Shown here: piece after piece, positions 59,401 to 64,000 of the stretch
How positions within the stretch are numbered: the stretch's first letter is position 1
Layout of the letters: each line of letters opens with the position of its first letter
NCBI GenBank assembly: GCA_942493055.1
Contig: OW818680.1
Location: 4,105,902-4,169,901 of the forward strand
DNA length: 64,000 bases
Direction of reading: 5' to 3'
Origin: an uncultured bacterium
GTDB taxonomy: Bacteria; Verrucomicrobiota; Kiritimatiellia; RFP12; UBA1067
Program-made: the position numbers and the translations under genes
The notes under the pieces: model-generated
Told to the model about the DNA's origin: nothing
The model's database searches: none
Seen by the model: the letters and a program-made list of their open reading frames with translations, nothing else

Positions 59401-60554
59401 TAGTGCCGCTGTCGATCTCGCACGGCGGGACATGGGACGCGCTCAACCGCAAGGTGAAGTGGTTCTTCGACTCGCGCGGAGAAGTGCGCGACCGTGCCCT
59501 GCAGTACACGGTCTCTGGGGCGGGCAGCGTCATCATGGGCCAGGTCAGCTTCGGCGAGGGGAACAGCTATCCTGTCATCGGCGACACCCTCTTTGAGGCG
59601 GGGGAGAACCCGGGACTTTTGCATCCGGCCGACGCGAACGGCGACTGGAGCGTGGACCAGAGCGAGGTGTCGGCGAGCATCAGCCGCTGGAAGAACGCAC
59701 AGGAGAATTTGAAGACGGCCATCGCGATCCGCGGGATCACACTCTATCTTCAGGGCGAGCAGTACGTCTACAGCGCAGACGTACCAGCCGAGGCCAAGCG
59801 ATGGATCTCAGTAGGCGACCCCCTCGGCGCATCCTCGGACGCGCCGCTGTTCACGGCCTTCTCAATCCTCCAGCCCGGGGTCATGCGCAACGTGCAGTCG
59901 AATGCCGTGACCCTTGTCATCATGCCGCCGCAGGGGACGCGCGCCTATGGTATGGAAGAGATTGTCGGCGCTGGCGTGGTGGTGGGGAACATCTCGCATG
60001 AGGGGACCTGGGACCCCACAAGCCGTAAGATCAGGTGGGCCTTCTATGACGGCGCATCGCGGGCACTCTCCTACACGGTGAGCGGTCCTGAGGGGCTCCG
60101 CGTGACACTGACGGGCTTGGCGAGCTTCGACGGCTCCGAGGATGGCGTGACGGGCGCAACGAGCGCAGTGGTGCCGTTGAGTTTCCAGACCTGGGCGCAG
60201 TCAAAGGGTCTTGCTGGCGCGGCAGCCGCGTTTGAAGCCCGCGATCTTGCGAGCGGCGAGGCGAACGGGCTCCTGTACGCATTCGGCAGCAACCTCGAGG
60301 AAGGGGAGTCGGTTATTGACATCCTGTGGCAGGACGGCGTTCTTGTCATCGAGACGCCCGCGCAGGACCCGGCCACCGAGGCCTTCGTGTTGTTGACCGT
60401 GGAAGGGGCCTCCGAGCTGGGCGCGCCCGCATGGACGATCTCTCTCGAACCCGCCGCCGACCAGAGCAGCGCGCCCGCGAATCGTTGCAGGTGGATTCCG
60501 CTCCTGCCTCCGCCTTCCAGTGCCTTCTTCCGCGTGAAGGCGATCTTGAAATGA
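56490..60554 (+). CDS. Large secreted modular protein: two RCC1 blocks with B-repeats, Calx-beta, ASH/Ig-like, two DUF11/cohesin-like domains flanking a dockerin-like motif, C-terminal FFRV
   Basis: Signal MKKTIYTLVFALASLSSMA; RCC1 repeats; LRFQKASYSIAE; LDFGAV...IKVWNEG; HPADANGDWSVDQSE; ends SAFFRVKAILK. Start moved to ATG 56490. Confidence 0.85.
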   Translation: MKKTIYTLVFALASLSSMASQTFIGWGDNSHGQLTLPTGFSGGVVDVATGHGNTVLLKTDGTVIAWGYNPLGSCNVPSNLSGVVKVSTFAHHCLALKGDGTVVAWGRNMDGESNVPAGLANVSGIAAGAYHSLAVKGDGTVVTWGSNYYGERDVPAGLSGVVAVTAGFCVSYAIKSDGTVVAWGLNTSGQCNIPSGLIGVIAVGAGNSHAVALKANGTVVAWGNSADGRTSVPEGLSGVTKIAVIYDHTLALKSDGTVVAWGKTEHGECSIPSGLTGVTAIAAGAWHSVAIAGTLPPQVTVTFDSQGGNVIPNKVYNENAVYGALSVPSKIGYTFDAWWSSITGGIKIEAAASVGASSHTLYARWKVNTVSTNQVFVGWGDNTHGQLNLPAGHTGIVAVAAGHGNTIILKNNGTVAAWGYNPLGSCNVPANLSNVVKVATYAHHCLALKSDGKVVAWGRNIDGESNVPSTLSNVVGVAAGAYHSLALKSDGTVVAWGSNYNGERNVPAGLNGVVAIAAGSCTSLAIKSDGTVVNWGANVGVPSNLTGVKSIVVGTSHYVALKWDGTVVAWGNNADGRTTVPEGLSGVIAIASIYEHTLALKSNGTVVAWGKNVNGECAVPTGLSGVTSIAVGATHSVAVRGGTLLSTITVSFNSQGGTPVGSRTYIQDTLYGALPVATRTGYTFAGWCIDAACAKPISATDYVGAEGHTLYAKWDSHGLLRFQKASYSIAENTDAAAVVLKVERVNGSTGPASVSYVVENGTATNGLDYATEVMTVSWAAGSTTARNIVIDMLDDDSYEGNETFTVRLVDATGAVLGDPAAATVTIVDNEGAPASVARFEGTLDFGAVARNSTATRFIKVWNEGNQPLAVTDVTVPEGFTVSPLAFTVRPGEFASLSVSFTPTFLGSFGGVLSIACAGNAGASSLPVSGAGVEPPRPVAQRTITGLTAIIAVDVPEGVSVLSVEDSIPAGIVPLSISHGGTWDALNRKVKWFFDSRGEVRDRALQYTVSGAGSVIMGQVSFGEGNSYPVIGDTLFEAGENPGLLHPADANGDWSVDQSEVSASISRWKNAQENLKTAIAIRGITLYLQGEQYVYSADVPAEAKRWISVGDPLGASSDAPLFTAFSILQPGVMRNVQSNAVTLVIMPPQGTRAYGMEEIVGAGVVVGNISHEGTWDPTSRKIRWAFYDGASRALSYTVSGPEGLRVTLTGLASFDGSEDGVTGATSAVVPLSFQTWAQSKGLAGAAAAFEARDLASGEANGLLYAFGSNLEEGESVIDILWQDGVLVIETPAQDPATEAFVLLTVEGASELGAPAWTISLEPAADQSSAPANRCRWIPLLPPPSSAFFRVKAILK

Positions 60555-60587
60555 ATTTGACGAACACGTGGATATAAAGTTTTGATT

Positions 60588-60620
60588 AAAGGGGGAACAT
60601 AGAAATATGTTCCCTTTTTT
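60588..60620 (+). terminator. Intrinsic terminator
   Basis: GGGAACAT-agaaat-ATGTTCCC followed by a T run. Confidence 0.8.
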
Positions 60621-60687
60621 TGAAAAAAAGTATAGAAAAGATCTACAGATAAGGGTTGTCCGTCTGGAAAATAGTAAACGTATTAGA

Positions 60688-60716
60688 TTGAGACTTGTCC
60701 ATGCATGGGGTATATT
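60688..60716 (+). promoter_or_regulatory. sigma70 promoter, family B
   Basis: TTGAGA-cttgtccatgcatgggg(17)-TATATT; spacer palindrome CCATGCATGG. Confidence 0.65.
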
Positions 60717-60777
60717 TGAACTTATTGGTTTAAGAGAGTTATTGGATTGATTAAAAAAAGGACAAATCGAAAGTCAA

Positions 60778-61740
60778 ATGGATAGACCACTTGTCACTCT
60801 TTACATGCTTTCGTACAATCGGAAGGAGTATGCACGTGAAGCTTTCGAAAGCATGTTGCAACAGACCTATTCGCCGCTTGAGCTTATTGTGTCCGATGAT
60901 CGGTCAATGGATGGGACTTTCGAGATGCTTCGGGAGATGGTCCAGTCTTACAAAGGTCCTCATCAACTCAGGCTCTTTCAAAATGAACGAAACCTTGGTT
61001 TTATAGGAAACCTAAATAAGGTGTTCAGCTTGATGCGCGGGGAGTTGCTCATCATGAACTGCGATGATGATATTTCTATGCCGGATAAAGTGGCTCGCAT
61101 CGTGGAGGCCTGGATCAAGTATGATAAAAAGCCCACTGCAATAGCGGTGTCATCCATTCTGATAGATCAAGGCGGCACGGAAGTCGGAATTAACAATCTG
61201 GGCAAGGAGGACCTTGTTTCTCGCTCCCTGCTTTCATTTATGCGATTGGGATCCCCGAATGGGCTCTATGGCAGAACAGGGGCCGCCTTTGCTTACTCGA
61301 AAAAGGTGATAGAAATGTTTGGTCCTATCACGACACGATTTACGGCAGATGACGCTGTCATGGTAAGACGGGCCTACCTATTAGGTCCGATTCTGATTCT
61401 TCCTGATTTGCTTTTTAAATATCGAGTGGGAGACGGTCTGTCAACAAGAAGAAGCGATACCTTCAGACGGGAGACAATTCGGCAACGATGGGTATATAAC
61501 TCGCTAAAGCAACTGACTAAAGATGTGCAGATTGCTCCGCTTCGCCCTGACGTTATAAAAAAAATCAAGGCCATTCTGATGAAGGAGATGACCATTGAAT
61601 TGGCACACTCAAAGATGTGGAGAATGGGAACTTGTTCGCGTGTGATTTTATTTATGAAAGCCACGAAATGGGGGATACGATTTTTTGAGTTTCCCCGTCA
61701 GACCGCCAGACTGGCATTAAGGTCAATACAGCTTGCCTGA
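60778..61740 (+). CDS. GT2-family glycosyltransferase
   Basis: VTLYMLSYN, QTYSPLELIVSDDRSMDGT, NLGFIGNLN, CDDDIS. Confidence 0.92.
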   Translation: MDRPLVTLYMLSYNRKEYAREAFESMLQQTYSPLELIVSDDRSMDGTFEMLREMVQSYKGPHQLRLFQNERNLGFIGNLNKVFSLMRGELLIMNCDDDISMPDKVARIVEAWIKYDKKPTAIAVSSILIDQGGTEVGINNLGKEDLVSRSLLSFMRLGSPNGLYGRTGAAFAYSKKVIEMFGPITTRFTADDAVMVRRAYLLGPILILPDLLFKYRVGDGLSTRRSDTFRRETIRQRWVYNSLKQLTKDVQIAPLRPDVIKKIKAILMKEMTIELAHSKMWRMGTCSRVILFMKATKWGIRFFEFPRQTARLALRSIQLA

Positions 61741-61777
61741 TCGAATTAATTATTTTGGAATAAGACGAGAACTCACC

Positions 61778-62725
61778 ATGCAGTGTCGAATTTGTCACAA
61801 TAACGATCATAATATTGAATATCACGTGCGTGAAATGCAGTTTGGGCTGCGGGATGTTTTCCACTATGTTCGGTGTTCGCGTTGTGGCTGTTTGCAGATC
61901 AAAGAATTCCCGCCGGATATGTCCGCGTATTATCCTCGGGATTACTACTCGTATCAGGCCCCAAACTATCCCAGCCATGGGATGGTGCGCAAGATCACCT
62001 GTTTTTACTTCAAACATTTATTGAAGCAGGGCTTTCCCTTCTTATGGCCTATTGATGAAGTTATGCCAGCTCGGTTCCCGGTCTTTAAAGCGTTATCGCG
62101 TGTGAAAATCAATACGCAGACGCGTATTTTAGATGTGGGATGTGGAGGGGGAGAGGTGTTGTGGCTGCTCAAAGAGTTTGGGTATGTAAACGTGCTGGGC
62201 GTCGACCCTTATCTCGACAAGGACATCACCTACACAAATGGGCTGACTGTTAAAAAATGTGAAATGAGTCAGATCACAGCCAAGTGGGACGTTGTCATGT
62301 TTAATCACTCCTTTGAGCATGTTCACAATCCACGGGAGACATTGGAGCAGGTTTTCAACCACTTGGATGAGAACGGGGTCTGCATCATCCGCATTCCGGT
62401 TGCTGATTCGTATGCATGGAAACGCTACAAGGAGAATTGGGCTGATTTGGATGCGCCGCGTCATTTCTTCTTACATACGAGATCGAGCATGGAATGCTTG
62501 GCAGAACAGACTGGATTTCAGATCCGTCAAGTTAAGTATGATTCAGTAGGGTTTCAGTTCCATGGCAGCGAAGCTTATTCGAAAAACATTTCACTTCAAG
62601 AGAGTATTCATTGTTACTCTAAAGCGACTCGGTTGTTCAGACGACTCTTTTTTTCTGCCTGGGCATTGTGGCTCAACAGGATTCGCAGCGGGGATAGTGC
62701 TGTTTTTTATTTGGTGAAAAAATAA
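61778..62725 (+). CDS. Class I SAM methyltransferase with an N-terminal Zn-binding motif
   Basis: CRIC...CSRCGCLQ, ILDVGCGGG, HSFEH, DAPRHFFL. Start moved to ATG 61778. Confidence 0.9.
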   Translation: MQCRICHNNDHNIEYHVREMQFGLRDVFHYVRCSRCGCLQIKEFPPDMSAYYPRDYYSYQAPNYPSHGMVRKITCFYFKHLLKQGFPFLWPIDEVMPARFPVFKALSRVKINTQTRILDVGCGGGEVLWLLKEFGYVNVLGVDPYLDKDITYTNGLTVKKCEMSQITAKWDVVMFNHSFEHVHNPRETLEQVFNHLDENGVCIIRIPVADSYAWKRYKENWADLDAPRHFFLHTRSSMECLAEQTGFQIRQVKYDSVGFQFHGSEAYSKNISLQESIHCYSKATRLFRRLFFSAWALWLNRIRSGDSAVFYLVKK

Positions 62726-62761
62726 TGCAATCAGCGAGATGGATAAATAGCCAAACAAGTC

Positions 62762-64000
62762 ATGATTAAAATCCAAAACATAAAAGAAAAAACAAAAGCC
62801 CGCCTCGGAGAGCTCTGGTGGTATACGATTATTCTGTTTGTGACCCAGCAGTTAGGGGCTGTCATTAACGCGTTCATCGGGCTATGGCTCGTTCCCAAAT
62901 ACGTGCCACAGGAACAACTTGGGGCTGTTTTACCTTTAACGTCTATTGGTGGTCTGCTGGGGCTCCCCTTGTCCATTCTCATGATCCCCTTCATGAAATT
63001 TCTGAGCAAATATATGGCGCAGGAAGAGTATGGTAAGGTCAAGGCTCTCCTACGGGATGTTTTCATTGTTACTGGCGTAACTTTTTTGTTTGTCTCTGGG
63101 CTTTCCTATTTCTCTATGCCGCATCTGTTAAAGCGTCTGCGCGTCGAGGATGGCAGTCTCTCCATCCTGATCATTTGTTCTGGGGTCTTGGGTGCGTTAG
63201 CACCCGTCTTCAGTACTGCGATTCAAGCCTTAAAAAAGTTTAAGATCCTATCGTTCATGGGGGTTGCAGGTGCGTTTCTCCGGCTGGGTTCCCTCTTGCT
63301 TGCACTTCCGGTCCGCGGGCTATCAGGTTATTTTGTAGGACAAATTGTGCCCAGTTGCTTTTGCATCATCGGCTCCATGGTTGTTATACGGAAATATTTT
63401 TGGAACAAAATACAACGGGTTTCGTATTGGGGAGCGGATATGCGAGACATTCTCCAATATGTAGGCTGGTTTGCAGTTTTCTCGCTTTCTAGCATGCTGG
63501 TTGTGACAGCAGAAAACTTTATCATCCGTCACCGGTTGTCTGGCGTAGAATCTGCAGGGTATTATATGGTCTCCCGCTTTTCAGATATTGTAGCAAGCCT
63601 AGGAATTATTGGCGCGTCTGTCTTATTCCCAATTGTTGTAGAAAAGCATGCTAAACAGATGGAGGGGCAACGAAAAATTCTTCTTCAATCGTTTGGGTTG
63701 CAATTGGCGGGCGGCATTCTTTTTTCTGCCATAATGGTGCCACTTGCCTATCTGTTCTTTTCGATGAAAGGCGAGTGGCATGTGTATGAGCAATATGTTC
63801 ATTACATGGTGTTGCTCTGTGCGATTAGTATTGTTCGCGGTATGACCTACTGCTATGTGATGTATGAAATGGCGCTGAGCCGATTTAAGTTTGTCATTCC
63901 GTTTGCCCTTTTCTATGTTTTTGAGATAATAGCTCTGTTTGTTGTAACGGGGTATTCGTACTTCGCGCCTTGGATGCCCGCTGATTGGTTGAGAACGATT
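62762..64000 (+). CDS. wzx: Wzx-like oligosaccharide flippase, 3'-truncated by the window edge (absent from the ORF track)
   Basis: Hand translation is open for 413 codons: MIKIQ...LGELWWYTIILF...GLWLVPKYV..LGAVLPL...RHRLSGVESAGYYMVSRFS; many TM helices. Confidence 0.8.
   Translation, partial: MIKIQNIKEKTKARLGELWWYTIILFVTQQLGAVINAFIGLWLVPKYVPQEQLGAVLPLTSIGGLLGLPLSILMIPFMKFLSKYMAQEEYGKVKALLRDVFIVTGVTFLFVSGLSYFSMPHLLKRLRVEDGSLSILIICSGVLGALAPVFSTAIQALKKFKILSFMGVAGAFLRLGSLLLALPVRGLSGYFVGQIVPSCFCIIGSMVVIRKYFWNKIQRVSYWGADMRDILQYVGWFAVFSLSSMLVVTAENFIIRHRLSGVESAGYYMVSRFSDIVASLGIIGASVLFPIVVEKHAKQMEGQRKILLQSFGLQLAGGILFSAIMVPLAYLFFSMKGEWHVYEQYVHYMVLLCAISIVRGMTYCYVMYEMALSRFKFVIPFALFYVFEIIALFVVTGYSYFAPWMPADWLRTI

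Noticed and set aside
1-64000. Integrase, transposase, prophage, rRNA/tRNA genes, prepilin peptidase, T9SS C-terminal domains
   Set aside because: No supporting motifs were recognised in any ORF or intergenic region of this window.

Overview
A 64-kb bacterial window. The protein styles and intergenic repeats suggest the PVC superphylum, probably Kiritimatiellota or Verrucomicrobiota (inference, not a database result). Left half (1-35.9 kb): a type IVa pilus / T2SS-like locus with pilB, pilC, a sigma54-dependent NtrC/PilR-like activator, pilA, pilMNOP-like genes, pilQ, a 1422-aa adhesin-like protein, pilT and two separate minor-pilin (V/W/X-like) cassettes. It is embedded with a Hanks kinase, a hybrid histidine kinase, two HisKA-only proteins and GT-C-fold membrane proteins. 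Right half (35.9-64 kb): a surface/glycan region with GtrA, a YfhO-like protein, large modular secreted proteins (LamG, RCC1, InlB B-repeat, Calx-beta, Ca-binding repeats) built from recently duplicated DNA cassettes, three SAM methyltransferases, a GT2 and a Wzx-like flippase. Strongest hand-derived signal: a tandem enhancer motif TCGCA-N4-TGAGA plus a -24/-12 promoter lies in front of both pilA and an operon that brackets one minor-pilin cassette between a PAS-PAS-HisKA-only gene and a His-to-Gln pseudo-HisKA gene. Also seen: nested sigma54/extended -10 near-leaderless promoters, two promoter families with spacer palindromes, a 62-bp inverted repeat bracketing a 16.9-kb block, an in-frame heptamer repeat, and a split beta-sandwich in a 760-aa minor pilin. 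I recognised no rRNA, tRNA, CRISPR array, integrase or transposase. All calls come from reading motifs by eye; no searches were run.
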